Below the pieces are notes generated by a model, which saw only the letters and a list, made by a program, of their open reading frames with translations, had not been told where the DNA came from and made no database searches. This document shows positions 37,497-47,649 of a stretch of 64,000 bases of DNA, piece after piece (the stretch's first letter is position 1; every line of letters begins with the position of its first letter). The DNA is taken from the NCBI GenBank assembly GCA_963667845.2, contig CAXXVL010000002.1:1344001-1408000 (forward strand). Reading direction: 5' to 3'. Position numbers and translations under genes: made by a program. This DNA is from Smithellaceae bacterium. GTDB taxonomy: Bacteria > Desulfobacterota > Syntrophia > Syntrophales > Smithellaceae.

Positions 37497-39806
37497 ATGC
37501 CATTCATGAGTGATAACGCCGAAATCGCCGAATTACAGGAAATTCTCAGACTGCGAAAGGGGTTGCAGGACATAACCAATTGTATCAATGCGGCGCAGAG
37601 TATTAAACAGATTATTTTTGATGCCCGGCCTAGAATCACCCAACTTTTTCGGGTCGAAGCAACGCATATTTACGTTGTTAACAGTAAGGATAAAGAAGAA
37701 ATTTATACGTTCGTTTCCTTAGGGGATCAAACGAAGGAAAGAAAGACTGCCGTCAGTAATCTTACGATACCCGGGTATGTTGCCAACACGAGGAAAATGG
37801 TTAGTATCTCCGATTTCAGTAATAATTTGCAGATTAGCAAATATTCGGATCTCCTTCTTGATTCAAATACGGATACAAGGTTCGGTGTGAATGTCCGGCA
37901 AATTTTGGCAATGCCGATCATTTACGGCGGCGAAACGATGGGCGTCATTGAGATCATTAATAAAAAAGGACCGGAGCGGCGATTCATGGATAATGAACCG
38001 GTTCTTCTGCAGGAAATTGCTGAGGTGCTGGCCATTGCCCTTTATAATCAGCAGCGGATCGATCCGAAGGTGAAAAGGTCAAAATTCAGTTATTTAACCT
38101 CTAATGACTTGATTACGGAAGAAGATCTGAATCAGGCCAGAGAAGAGGCAAGAGAATTGCAGGAACCGCTGGAAAACGTCCTGATGAAGAGATATAAAAT
38201 CAGCAAAAGCGATATCGGCCAATGTTTTGAGTATTTCTACCAGTGTAAGTTCGTTTCGTTTGATCCCAATACGCCCATCCCGAGCGACATTCTTAAGAAT
38301 CTGAAAAAGGAATATTTGACGCGGGAAGCTTGGGTCCCGCTGGAAAAAAAAAGCGACAAAACGGTTCGCGTCATTGTGGATGATCCGCAGAATATTCTTA
38401 AGCGGGATGCCATTGAAAATTTATTGAGAACGAAATCGATTCAATACGATATCGCCTTAAAGGATGACATCCTCAAATACATCGAATATTTTTACGGGGA
38501 GCGTTCCGCTGAAGATGCATCATTCACGGACCTTCTCGGCAAGCTGGATAGCGCTGATCAGCCGGTAGATGAAAGCGAAGAGTCCGTGACAGATTCCGAC
38601 AGCGCCATTATTCAGATCGTGAATAAGATCATCAACGACGCTTTTTCCCGCAGAGCATCGGATATTCATATTGAGCCGGATGTCATCGATAAAAATGTTC
38701 TGGTCCGGTACCGGATAGACGGGGATTGTGCACTGTATCAGACGCTGCCCTACAGTTACCGGTCAGCCATTCTCTCGAGAATCAAAATCATGGCTAACCT
38801 GGATATTACCATGAAGCGGATTCCGCAGGACGGCAAAATTAAATTAAAAAAAGCGGGTGTCGGAGAAATTGAACTGCGTGTGGCGACCATTCCGACCCAG
38901 GGGGGCGTAGAAGATGTAGTCATGCGTATCCTGGCCAAGGGAGACGCGCTGCCGCTTCACGCCATGAATATGACGCCAAGAAATTACAAGGAACTCCTGA
39001 ATATTTGTGAGCAACCCTATGGAATGATTCTATGTGTCGGTCCTACCGGTTCAGGGAAAACGACGACCCTTCATGCGATTTTGAGTCATATTAACAAGCC
39101 GGAGCGGAAAATCTGGACGGCGGAAGATCCGGTGGAAATCACGCAGCGCGGCTTAAGGCAGGTTCAGGTGCAGCCCAAAATCGGATTCGATTTTGCTGCA
39201 GCCATGCGATCGTTTCTGCGCGCCGATCCGGATGTGATCATGGTCGGTGAAATGAGAGATTTCGAAACAGCCAAAATCGGTGTCGAAGCTTCGCTGACCG
39301 GTCATCTGGTCTTGAGCACACTGCATACCAACAGTGCTCCGGAGACCGTTTCCCGGCTTCTGGACATGGGGATTGATCCGTTGAATTTTTCAGATTCTCT
39401 GCTGGGTGTTCTCGCGCAACGACTGGTGAGGACCCTGTGCGACAAGTGTAAAGAAGCCTATAATCCGACCCAGGCCGAATATGATCAGATTGCGAAGAGC
39501 TACGGCGTCGAACTTTTCAAAAAGGAAAACATCCCTTACTCCAAAAATCTGATGCTGTATCGGCCCAGAGGCTGTGATGCCTGTGATAGAACGGGATACA
39601 GGGGACGAATCGGCATTCATGAATTGCTCATTAATACGGAAGAAATAAAAAAACGATCGATCGAACGGAGGGAGAGCATTGACGTTATCCGCAACATCGC
39701 CATGGCCGAGGGCATGTTGACGCTTTACCAGGACGGAATATTGAAGGCTTTTCAGGGCCTGACGGACATCAGGCAGGTGCACCGGGTTTGTATTAATACC
39801 CGGTAG
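37497..39806 (+). CDS. PilB/GspE-family ATPase with N-terminal GAF domain
   Basis: GAF (LAMPI..GETMGVIEIINK), ASDIHIEP, GPTGSGKTT, MVGEMRD, STLHTN, CxxC...CxxC. Confidence 0.92.
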   Translation: MPFMSDNAEIAELQEILRLRKGLQDITNCINAAQSIKQIIFDARPRITQLFRVEATHIYVVNSKDKEEIYTFVSLGDQTKERKTAVSNLTIPGYVANTRKMVSISDFSNNLQISKYSDLLLDSNTDTRFGVNVRQILAMPIIYGGETMGVIEIINKKGPERRFMDNEPVLLQEIAEVLAIALYNQQRIDPKVKRSKFSYLTSNDLITEEDLNQAREEARELQEPLENVLMKRYKISKSDIGQCFEYFYQCKFVSFDPNTPIPSDILKNLKKEYLTREAWVPLEKKSDKTVRVIVDDPQNILKRDAIENLLRTKSIQYDIALKDDILKYIEYFYGERSAEDASFTDLLGKLDSADQPVDESEESVTDSDSAIIQIVNKIINDAFSRRASDIHIEPDVIDKNVLVRYRIDGDCALYQTLPYSYRSAILSRIKIMANLDITMKRIPQDGKIKLKKAGVGEIELRVATIPTQGGVEDVVMRILAKGDALPLHAMNMTPRNYKELLNICEQPYGMILCVGPTGSGKTTTLHAILSHINKPERKIWTAEDPVEITQRGLRQVQVQPKIGFDFAAAMRSFLRADPDVIMVGEMRDFETAKIGVEASLTGHLVLSTLHTNSAPETVSRLLDMGIDPLNFSDSLLGVLAQRLVRTLCDKCKEAYNPTQAEYDQIAKSYGVELFKKENIPYSKNLMLYRPRGCDACDRTGYRGRIGIHELLINTEEIKKRSIERRESIDVIRNIAMAEGMLTLYQDGILKAFQGLTDIRQVHRVCINTR

Positions 39807-39853
39807 CCTCTGATCCTCCCTGCCTCTTTTTCTATAGAGAGGTCGAAAGATGC

Positions 39854-39956
39854 TTAAATCCCGCTCACGCGGGACGAGCGTTAATTCCCTGTCGTTTGCT
39901 GCGAAATAATGATGTTCATTTCATACCTCGACAGCTTGCTGCGAGGTGGTTGATTA
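39854..39956 (+). repeat. Dispersed palindromic intergenic repeat, copy 1
   Basis: First 41 nt identical to 54268-54308. Confidence 0.8.
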
Positions 39957-40001
39957 AAAAAAAGTCCCGGTCTCACAGGATGTAATGAGGCCGGGACTTT
40001 T
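39957..40001. terminator. Bidirectional terminator
   Basis: AAAAAGTCCCGG...CCGGGACTTTT between convergent genes. Confidence 0.7.
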
Positions 40002-40068
40002 ACGTTCTTTAATGTTTATGACTGTCGATTAACCTTCGGCTGCAATCGATAATAAAGCCTCCCGGTTC

Positions 40069-41298
40069 TTAATTAAGCGGTTTCCTGGGTATCATGATCT
40101 TGGAGAGTTTATTAACACTTTCAAATTCTGCGTGGGTTTTGGTCCACCAGATATAAACGTCGGCCTGAGCAAATTTCCCTCCTTTAATGGATTGAATGAC
40201 GGCGGGCATATAGATGCGCCCTGCATCGGAAACACCGTACATTTCTGCGGGATATTTGTCGCCCAGCATCGGCAGGGCTTTGGGAAAAGCGGCGCGAACC
40301 GCATAAACGTTATCCTGCGTTCCCGCGGCGGCAATCGCCTTAGCCAGGGCATGCATGGATCCATAATGGATCAAAGCTTCCCAGGTGACGATTCTCTTAT
40401 ACGTATCTTGATATTTCTTGGTGAAAGCTGAAGAAACCGGCGATGGAACCGAAGAGACGTTGGCCGTGCCTATGGCGTTTTCCATCAACTTGGTTCCGTC
40501 CAGCATCTGGGCGATGGTATCCATTTTGGCCTGATCGACGATGAGAAAACCGCCCTTGAACCCCATCTGGCGCGCCTGGGCAATGACGAGCGCCGTTGTT
40601 CCCGAAGGACCGCCGATGAGCATAACGTCCGGATTGGTGGCGATCGCTGCAGTCAGTGGAGCGACGAAATCAGTTCTCGTGTAGTAATTGGCAGGCTTGT
40701 CCGCCGTAATCCTTCCTCCCATTTTTTCCCAATAAGACTTGAAAACCTGCCGCCATTCATCTCCGTAAGTGCCGAGAGTGACAACCATGGCCGCTTTACG
40801 CCACCCTTTTCCCCAGGCGAATTTGGCGTATACCTTGGCGTAATCCGTCAACTGCGGTGCAGCGATCAGCAGGAGATTATTTTTTGTAGCATCGGCTTTA
40901 AGAGAGGATGTATAACCCATGACGATAAACTCGCCGCATTCTTCTTCGTTGATCTTCAGCAGTGCCGCAGCCGATGTGAAAACAGGATCAAATACCGCCA
41001 GAGCCCCTTTCCCCATTAGTTGACGGGCGTTGGCGACGGCAATCTCGGGGCTGACCTTGTCATCCATTCGCTCGAGTTTGAAAAAGAACTTCTGACCATC
41101 GGCGGTGACGCCTCCGGATGCGTTTATTTCCTTTATCGCCATATCAATGCCGTTCACGCAATCCTGCCCGTATTCACCTGCGGGGCCGCTCAACGGGCCG
41201 GTAAAGCCGATCACAATTTCGGCCGTGAAACCGGAAGCACTCCAGAAAACAATGGAAGCCATGGCGAGTAAACACAATATTTTATTAAAATGCCTCAT
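40069..41298 (-). CDS. ABC transporter substrate-binding protein (LivK-like)
   Basis: Signal peptide, GPLSGPAGEYG; paralogue of 61690-62943. Confidence 0.88.
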   Translation of the reverse strand: MRHFNKILCLLAMASIVFWSASGFTAEIVIGFTGPLSGPAGEYGQDCVNGIDMAIKEINASGGVTADGQKFFFKLERMDDKVSPEIAVANARQLMGKGALAVFDPVFTSAAALLKINEEECGEFIVMGYTSSLKADATKNNLLLIAAPQLTDYAKVYAKFAWGKGWRKAAMVVTLGTYGDEWRQVFKSYWEKMGGRITADKPANYYTRTDFVAPLTAAIATNPDVMLIGGPSGTTALVIAQARQMGFKGGFLIVDQAKMDTIAQMLDGTKLMENAIGTANVSSVPSPVSSAFTKKYQDTYKRIVTWEALIHYGSMHALAKAIAAAGTQDNVYAVRAAFPKALPMLGDKYPAEMYGVSDAGRIYMPAVIQSIKGGKFAQADVYIWWTKTHAEFESVNKLSKIMIPRKPLN

Positions 41299-41346
41299 TT
41301 TCCCCTCCTCATTTGATTAGAAATTCATTCACCGTTATCGATGGCA

Positions 41347-42321
41347 TTAGATATCCTGCAATTTATCAATGGCTTTCTTCGACGAGGTAACCAGCTGATC
41401 CGCATCCGGGGTCTTCTTGACCATGCCGGACAGGGACTTGGCCTTGTCGTCTGCGCCGGGAGCGACTGGTTCCGGTGCAACAGATTTTTGCGCAGGAGCT
41501 GGTTCGGGTGCCTGCCTCTGTGCAGGTGCCGACGAAACTGAACTCATTCTGGAACGGAGCGAATTGACCGACTGCACCAGCTCACCGATGGCATCATCTT
41601 CATCCCAGGCAAGCGATCTATTGAATTTCCCGGCGGCGAATTCCCTGAGAGCTGTTGATGTTTCTTCCAGCGGCTCGATAACGCTTGCCGTCAGCATCTT
41701 TTTGATGAAGGAAGGAATCAAAACGATGCACAGGACAAGCAGGATAATAAGGAGAACGGCGGCGACGTAAAAGGTTGTATTCACCGAGCTGTATCCTTTT
41801 TCACCGACATTACTCTCAAAAGCAAGAAGCTGTCCCAAAAGCTGGGTGACGGCTTCCATTCTTTCATTGGCCGAACTCAGGTATGCGGTGCCCGATCCCA
41901 TGGGGGCCAGCCGAATGACTTGGACAGCTGATTTTTCATATTCGACAAGATTGTCCAGGATGGCCTGATAGAATTTCTTCTGCTCCGCGCTAACGTCACT
42001 ATCCAGGGCTTTCTTTACGAGGGCGACGTCTTCGGCAATCTGGGCGATCTGCTGTTCGGAAAGCTTGGTAATTTCCTGCTTGTCCTGACTTGCCGCAACC
42101 ATACTCTTGATTTTGTAAAGATTTGCATGAACTGCATTAACATCTTTTAAGAGTTTTGTACTTCTCTGATAGTCTTTGAAACCGCTGTTAAATGTGCTGC
42201 TTATTGAGGATTTCTGGATGAATAAACCGATGAAGGCAATGAGAATAATAACGATGGCCAGAATCAATATTCGTAAGGTTAGCGCTTTTTGTCCCGACTT
42301 CAAATTATTGCTTGAGTTCAT
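41347..42321 (-). CDS. Chemoreceptor-like TM-4HB-TM-HAMP protein lacking a signalling domain
   Basis: Two TM helices, helical periplasmic domain, PLEE...DAIGELVQSVN HAMP, then a Pro/Ala-rich tail. Confidence 0.7.
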   Translation of the reverse strand: MNSSNNLKSGQKALTLRILILAIVIILIAFIGLFIQKSSISSTFNSGFKDYQRSTKLLKDVNAVHANLYKIKSMVAASQDKQEITKLSEQQIAQIAEDVALVKKALDSDVSAEQKKFYQAILDNLVEYEKSAVQVIRLAPMGSGTAYLSSANERMEAVTQLLGQLLAFESNVGEKGYSSVNTTFYVAAVLLIILLVLCIVLIPSFIKKMLTASVIEPLEETSTALREFAAGKFNRSLAWDEDDAIGELVQSVNSLRSRMSSVSSAPAQRQAPEPAPAQKSVAPEPVAPGADDKAKSLSGMVKKTPDADQLVTSSKKAIDKLQDI

Positions 42322-42773
42322 GATAAGATTTTTCCTCTCTCATAATTTCTGGTTAGTAATGACGATAATGCCCATAAATTACAATTGCTCTTCCCCCGAT
42401 CCAAAACTTGATTTGATTGTTCTAAAAAAGTGTTTCGTACTGGACTTATGCACCATTTTCGCCAGAATCACAACGTCGCTTAAATGCATAAGCTGTCAGA
42501 CTTCTTAGTGTTTAAGAATACTTGGGGAGCATCATGTTGTCAAGACAATTTTTAATAGAAGAATTTTTTCCCCGAATATGATAAATCCGTGAGTCACTGA
42601 TCAAAATGAACAGTCCATCTTGCTCGATATGCACATATGAAAGACAGAGAGAAAAGGCAATTTCCCTGCTAGTGAAGTGACTTAGTTGATCATCGGATTC
42701 GGGCATGTCTTTTGCTATATACCTTTTGGCAGATATTTATATGATCTTCTTCCGAATCGGAATGGTGTGAAAT

Positions 42774-43337
42774 ATGACAAATGCAAGAAACGGATTTGAT
42801 TTATTAAACGGACAGTCAAATCCTTCAGTGGATAGAAAAGAACAGAAGGTATGGCGCGTTCGAGAAGTCTTGGTTGTTGATGACGAAGAGCCACTTCTCT
42901 TAACGATTTCCGAAGGGTTGAGCATTTATAGGAATTACTTTAATTTGCACACGGCGACGAACGGAGCGGAGGCGGTTAGGGTACTGAAGTCTTCTCCCGT
43001 GATAGATCTGGTTGTTACAGATTTGAGCATGCCCAAAATGGATGGTTTTGAGCTTCTGGCTTACATGAACAGAAACTATCCCCAAATCCCCGTTATCCTC
43101 ATGACAGCCTACGGTACACCCAAGATCGAAGAAATTGTCAGCAGCATGGGAGTATATCGTTACTTGGAAAAACCTCTGGATATTAACATTGTTGCCGATA
43201 ATGTCCTTGCGGCGCTGTCCATTAAATCAGACCAGATGGTTCTAAACACAGAAGATGTTCGAGAGCGGGGACTGAAGAAGACGAGTTATGCATCTGGGTT
43301 TTTTAGCTCGGATTACTATAAGAAAACGATGCCGTAG
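42774..43337 (+). CDS. Response regulator receiver protein
   Basis: VVDDEE, TDLSMP, MTAYG, EKP. Confidence 0.9.
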   Translation: MTNARNGFDLLNGQSNPSVDRKEQKVWRVREVLVVDDEEPLLLTISEGLSIYRNYFNLHTATNGAEAVRVLKSSPVIDLVVTDLSMPKMDGFELLAYMNRNYPQIPVILMTAYGTPKIEEIVSSMGVYRYLEKPLDINIVADNVLAALSIKSDQMVLNTEDVRERGLKKTSYASGFFSSDYYKKTMP

Positions 43338-43348
43338 TCGTTTGGTGC

Positions 43349-44215
43349 ATGAGGAGTGTTTTTATGGGAGGAGACGTGAAGAAGGATTTCAAGCTAATCA
43401 TCGATAATGAGGATCCGGGTGGTATCTCTGCCGCGGATGCAGGTATCAAAGATGAAGTGCAACGCTTTCCTCTTTTTGGTCTTTCCGTAGGTAGTTTCTT
43501 ACAAGTGATAGCAATGGAGCAGCAAACCTGCATTATGGAAGTCTATCTCAACGCAAATCATTGGGGACATTTTTGTTTTGTAGAGGGGGAACTTCACGAT
43601 GCTGTTTACGGTAATTTGAGTGGAGAAACAGCTGCGATGGAAATGATTTCCTGGGAAAATGTCCGGCTGAACATCAAGCAAATTCTTAACACCAGCAGTG
43701 TTGTGAGAAAAATTGATAAGAATCTCATGCTGCTGTTAATGGAGGGGTCCAGACGCCGTGACGAGGTCCACGAACGTAACACTCGGCCCGACCAGGAGGA
43801 AGAGGCCGAAGATCAGGCAGATGTCGAGATCACTGCTGCTGAGGCCGAACGTGCAAGACTTAACGCCTGCCTCAATATTATGAGCAAGGATATGGATGAT
43901 GCCTTGATGGCCGCCAGTATCTCCAATGTCAGCGAAGGAAAAGTGATGGCGTCATACCAGGCGGCCCCTGAAACGGCAGAAGCTTTTTTGCGTTTAACGA
44001 GGTACTTGACCAACGCCTTTGACGAAAACACGTCCAATCAGTTGGGGGATCACATGATTCTCGATTTGAAAGACAGACAGACGCTTGTTGTTCTGATGAT
44101 CGGGGACCATCAATGGTGTATCGCTTTTAAGAACGATAAGTGCACACTGGGTCTTTTGCGGAACATTATCCTGCCTAAGGTTATCAGAGCATTTAATGAA
44201 ATGAATAAAGGATGA
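43349..44215 (+). CDS. DUF4388 (PatA_N-like) plus roadblock-like domain protein
   Basis: FLQVIAMEQQTC...GELHDA...GETAAMEMISW...LLMEGSRRRDE; C-terminus similar to the next gene. Confidence 0.75.
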   Translation: MRSVFMGGDVKKDFKLIIDNEDPGGISAADAGIKDEVQRFPLFGLSVGSFLQVIAMEQQTCIMEVYLNANHWGHFCFVEGELHDAVYGNLSGETAAMEMISWENVRLNIKQILNTSSVVRKIDKNLMLLLMEGSRRRDEVHERNTRPDQEEEAEDQADVEITAAEAERARLNACLNIMSKDMDDALMAASISNVSEGKVMASYQAAPETAEAFLRLTRYLTNAFDENTSNQLGDHMILDLKDRQTLVVLMIGDHQWCIAFKNDKCTLGLLRNIILPKVIRAFNEMNKG

Positions 44216-44234
44216 AACGATATAAGGAGGCCCG

Positions 44235-44606
44235 ATGAATATCCAGAAGTTGAATGTTTGCCTGGACATCTTGAAGAAGGATTTGGGAGAGGGGTTTGTC
44301 GCCTCATGTATTATCACGACGGAAGACGGGCAGGTGCTGGTGGCTACGGATCAGGCGAATATCGCCGAAGCGACGCTACTTAACGATGCCACTGCTTTTA
44401 TCCGGAATGCGCTGAAAACCTATCCGGCGGAATTAGGCCAGTACTATTATGTCGACGTCGCCGGCAATATGTCGGTCTTAGTTATCCCATTTGGCGATTT
44501 CCAGTGGACGATAACGGTTAATAAGAAACTGGTCAAACTGGGGCTGCTCCTGAATGTCGTATTGCCGGCCATCATCAATGCTTTCGAAGATGCCGTTGTT
44601 TCTTAA
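44235..44606 (+). CDS. Roadblock/LC7-like protein
   Basis: DLGEGFVASCII..DGQVL and KLGLLLNV pattern; SD AAGGAGG. Confidence 0.65.
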   Translation: MNIQKLNVCLDILKKDLGEGFVASCIITTEDGQVLVATDQANIAEATLLNDATAFIRNALKTYPAELGQYYYVDVAGNMSVLVIPFGDFQWTITVNKKLVKLGLLLNVVLPAIINAFEDAVVS

Positions 44607-44632
44607 GGCATGCTGGAGGGGGAAAAAGGGTT

Positions 44633-44815
44633 ATGGGAGAAAAACTTGTTCGTATATTCGAAATTGTTCAGGAGCAATCAGGCCTTAAAGGCCGTATGGA
44701 GCTTGCCACCCGGACAGGGATATCGCTTAACAGAGCGTCCCAAATGAAGGATACAGAAGAGCTCGTGAAGAGGATGAAAGACATCGCGAGTTCTATCCTT
44801 GAAAAAAATTCATAA
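44633..44815 (+). CDS. Small helical hypothetical protein (60 aa)
   Basis: Co-oriented in the roadblock operon, purine-rich RBS. Confidence 0.6.
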   Translation: MGEKLVRIFEIVQEQSGLKGRMELATRTGISLNRASQMKDTEELVKRMKDIASSILEKNS

Positions 44816-44990
44816 ATGGAATAATGGTATCTGGTAAGATAATGAACTATTTTCGTTTTAGTCGTCCCTAACCTGGTTTAACAGTTCCACTTTGGAGCAC
44901 ATGGCTTAGCGGGAAATAAACTTGTGGAATGCACATCTGTAGGCTCCGGGGAACGGGCGTACAACAATCTGGACAAGAGGATATACAAAT

Positions 44991-45377
44991 ATGATTTTAG
45001 GTCAAAAGCAACTCGATAAAATACACGATACTTTAACTGAAAATCTCATTGGTTCCGGTGTTCAGAGCGTAATGTTGATTGATACGGCAGGTAATGTGAT
45101 CGCATCGATCAATAACGGGCATGAAACGATGGACTTGTATTCACTTGCGGCGTTGGCCGCCGCCAACTTCGGTGCGATGAGTTGCATGGCCAGGATCGTT
45201 GGTGAGGATGAATTTTCTCTGCTATTCCATAAGGGAGAAAAGGAAAATATTTACTTTTGCAAAGTTAATGAAGAGTTGTTACTCGTGAACATTTTTAACA
45301 ATCAGATTTCGCTCGGTTTCCTTAGACTGAAGATGGCCAAGGTTGTTGAGGAATTGCTCGAGTTATTGACTTTGTAG
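44991..45377 (+). CDS. mglB: MglB-type roadblock protein (GAP)
   Basis: LIDTAGNVIA, SLAALAAANFGA, EFSLLFHKGE, LGFLRL; directly upstream of MglA. Confidence 0.88.
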   Translation: MILGQKQLDKIHDTLTENLIGSGVQSVMLIDTAGNVIASINNGHETMDLYSLAALAAANFGAMSCMARIVGEDEFSLLFHKGEKENIYFCKVNEELLLVNIFNNQISLGFLRLKMAKVVEELLELLTL

Positions 45378-45441
45378 CAGTTAAATGAATTCTCGAAGAT
45401 AAAAGGCGAAGATCACTAATCGCCGTTTCAGATAGCAGGGG

Positions 45442-46065
45442 GTGGCAAGTTTGGCGTTTATTAATTTGAAAGACAAAGTGATTCAAGCCAAGATCGTTTA
45501 TTATGGTCCTGGAAGATGCGGCAAAACAACGAATCTCGAATATATATATGATAAATGCCGTACGCAGGTCAATTCAGAGATGGTCACGGTTAAAACGCAG
45601 GGCGATCGCACGCTGTTTTTTGATTTCTTCCCGTTTGATATGGGGAAAATCAGCGGGTATGATGTTAAAATACAACTCTACACCGTTCCCGGACAAGTCA
45701 AGTACAACTCCACAAGACGTCTTGTGTTAAAAGGCGTTGACGGCGTTGTTTTTGTCGCGGACTCATCGGCTGAACGCCGAAACAAGAACATTATTTCGAT
45801 CCGGAATCTGGAAGAGAACCTGACGCTCTACAATAAAAATATCCACGAAATCCCCCTCGTCATTCAATATAACAAAAGAGATCTTGATAAACAGGGCATT
45901 GAAATTCTGGACATTGAGACCCTGGAAAACGATCTCAATGCAGACTTAAAGGCTCCCTCATTTGAAGCCAGCGCCGTAGAAGGGCATAATGTTATCCTGA
46001 CCCTTAAGAAAATCATTTACTACACGATGTCGTCTCTGGAAAAGCAACTGAAACAGGAGCCATAA
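45442..46065 (+). CDS. mglA: MglA small Ras-like GTPase
   Basis: KIVYYGPGRCGKTTN, DRTLFFD, YTVPGQ, NKRD. Confidence 0.95.
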   Translation: MASLAFINLKDKVIQAKIVYYGPGRCGKTTNLEYIYDKCRTQVNSEMVTVKTQGDRTLFFDFFPFDMGKISGYDVKIQLYTVPGQVKYNSTRRLVLKGVDGVVFVADSSAERRNKNIISIRNLEENLTLYNKNIHEIPLVIQYNKRDLDKQGIEILDIETLENDLNADLKAPSFEASAVEGHNVILTLKKIIYYTMSSLEKQLKQEP

Positions 46066-46066
46066 A

Positions 46067-47317
46067 ATGAAAATAAAAGAAGAGTCTTCATTTCTTCAGG
46101 GAGTAGAAAGTCGTCTCGATAGTCTCTTTGCTGAAGACCTCCAGCCACTGGTAGAAAAAGACTCAGATCCTCCCCAGGCAGCCGTGCAGGAACTTCCGCC
46201 CGTTGCTGTTGTCAAGGAGGAAACCCAGGAAATTCCAGCCATCGCCGAACCAAACCATAAATCAGATGTTCTTTCGGAACCCGTCCCGACTGAAGACAAG
46301 TCGTCTTTTATCTCAGAAATCGAAAAGCGTTTTTCTGCGATATTCGGTGAAGACGATAAAGGGGTTAAAGCCGCCGCAGAAACTGCAAAGCGCGATGATC
46401 TGGAAAACATCAATGCAGCCGAGCCGGAGGAAATTAAGCCTGCCGGTCTGGCCCTGGAAGATCTGTCTTCATCTTCGTCTTCCGTTCTCCACTCTCCTTT
46501 GAAGGATATGAAAAGTATTATTCTCTCCATTGAATGGGAAATCAACGACACTATCCTTGAACAATTGGAGGACGAGATCAATAAACTCTATCTGATGTAT
46601 ACGGGCGACCGCGTCATTCAGGGGTTTTTGAGGATCCTCCGTTTCCTGGGAAGGTACGTCCGAGTCCGCGGCGTTCACTCCACTCAGGATTCCATTAACT
46701 TGCTTCTCTATATTTACGACCATCTGGAGAGTGTCATGGTCTCCGAAGGGATGACAGAAGCAAAGAAGCATGTCATCATCAGTGACAGCATCAAGCGATA
46801 CAGGGCATGGGTGGAGAGCGTCGACCTTGAATCTCCTTCTCGAGAAATTCCCGCACGGGAATCCGAGTCCGTTCCCGACAAATATCCGATTACGGAACCG
46901 TCGGAAGAGCAGTTCTCCGAAGAGTGGAAAGCGGATGAAGAACCGTCAGCGGATATCCGGACTCGCCTCGAGCCTATTGCCGATGTTCCCCTCAAACCGA
47001 TCGCCGAGGTTTCCCTCGAGCCTATTGCCGATGTCCCCTTCGAAAAAGCAGTTGAAGAGCCATTCCAACGTTTTTCGGCGGAGAGAGAAGAACCAGCCTT
47101 CATAGAACCGGAAATTGTCCCCCCCGCGCCGCCAACCGTCATTGAAGAAATAACGCCGCAAGCTCGCGGTACAGACATCGAGAAGGCGGTTGCCGCAATA
47201 AAAGACCTGCCGCCCCACGAGGCGTTTATCTACGCGGTGGAAGAGATTAAGAAGAAGTTTCAGTCCGAGTTGGACGCCCTGAAGGAAGAAGTCCGAATCC
47301 TTAAGAATGCGCGGTGA
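46067..47317 (+). CDS. Acidic, low-complexity protein with central helical domain
   Basis: 1 bp after the mglA stop; Glu/Pro-rich linkers, C-terminal coiled coil, short LEPIADVP repeats. Confidence 0.75.
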   Translation: MKIKEESSFLQGVESRLDSLFAEDLQPLVEKDSDPPQAAVQELPPVAVVKEETQEIPAIAEPNHKSDVLSEPVPTEDKSSFISEIEKRFSAIFGEDDKGVKAAAETAKRDDLENINAAEPEEIKPAGLALEDLSSSSSSVLHSPLKDMKSIILSIEWEINDTILEQLEDEINKLYLMYTGDRVIQGFLRILRFLGRYVRVRGVHSTQDSINLLLYIYDHLESVMVSEGMTEAKKHVIISDSIKRYRAWVESVDLESPSREIPARESESVPDKYPITEPSEEQFSEEWKADEEPSADIRTRLEPIADVPLKPIAEVSLEPIADVPFEKAVEEPFQRFSAEREEPAFIEPEIVPPAPPTVIEEITPQARGTDIEKAVAAIKDLPPHEAFIYAVEEIKKKFQSELDALKEEVRILKNAR

Positions 47318-47432
47318 GCGTGCATCGGCGCGGATATTTCCCCGAGACGGCTGCCGGGAAAGTAAAAATTGACCCTTATCGAGAAACAAGTTCAATGTAT
47401 TTCCAGCCGAACGGAAAAGACAGGTTTCCTGC

Positions 47433-47606
47433 ATGATCGTATTCTGTGAAGAATGTGGAGAAAGATATATCATTGAAGCCGAAGAAATAAGAGGCCAGGC
47501 GATGATCTTTATTTGCCGGGCCTGTAATGAAATCATTCGCATTCCGGCTCAGGGAGCGTATTACAAAAAAGGAGAAAAAGCGGAAATCAAGGCTGAAAAG
47601 ATTTAG
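47433..47606 (+). CDS. MJ0042-type zinc-ribbon protein (57 aa; below ORF-track cutoff)
   Basis: MIVFCEECGERYII...FICRACNEII. Confidence 0.7.
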   Translation: MIVFCEECGERYIIEAEEIRGQAMIFICRACNEIIRIPAQGAYYKKGEKAEIKAEKI

Positions 47607-47649
47607 AAATTTTTCAGGCTAACACAGCATTAACCCGGATCGAACTGCT

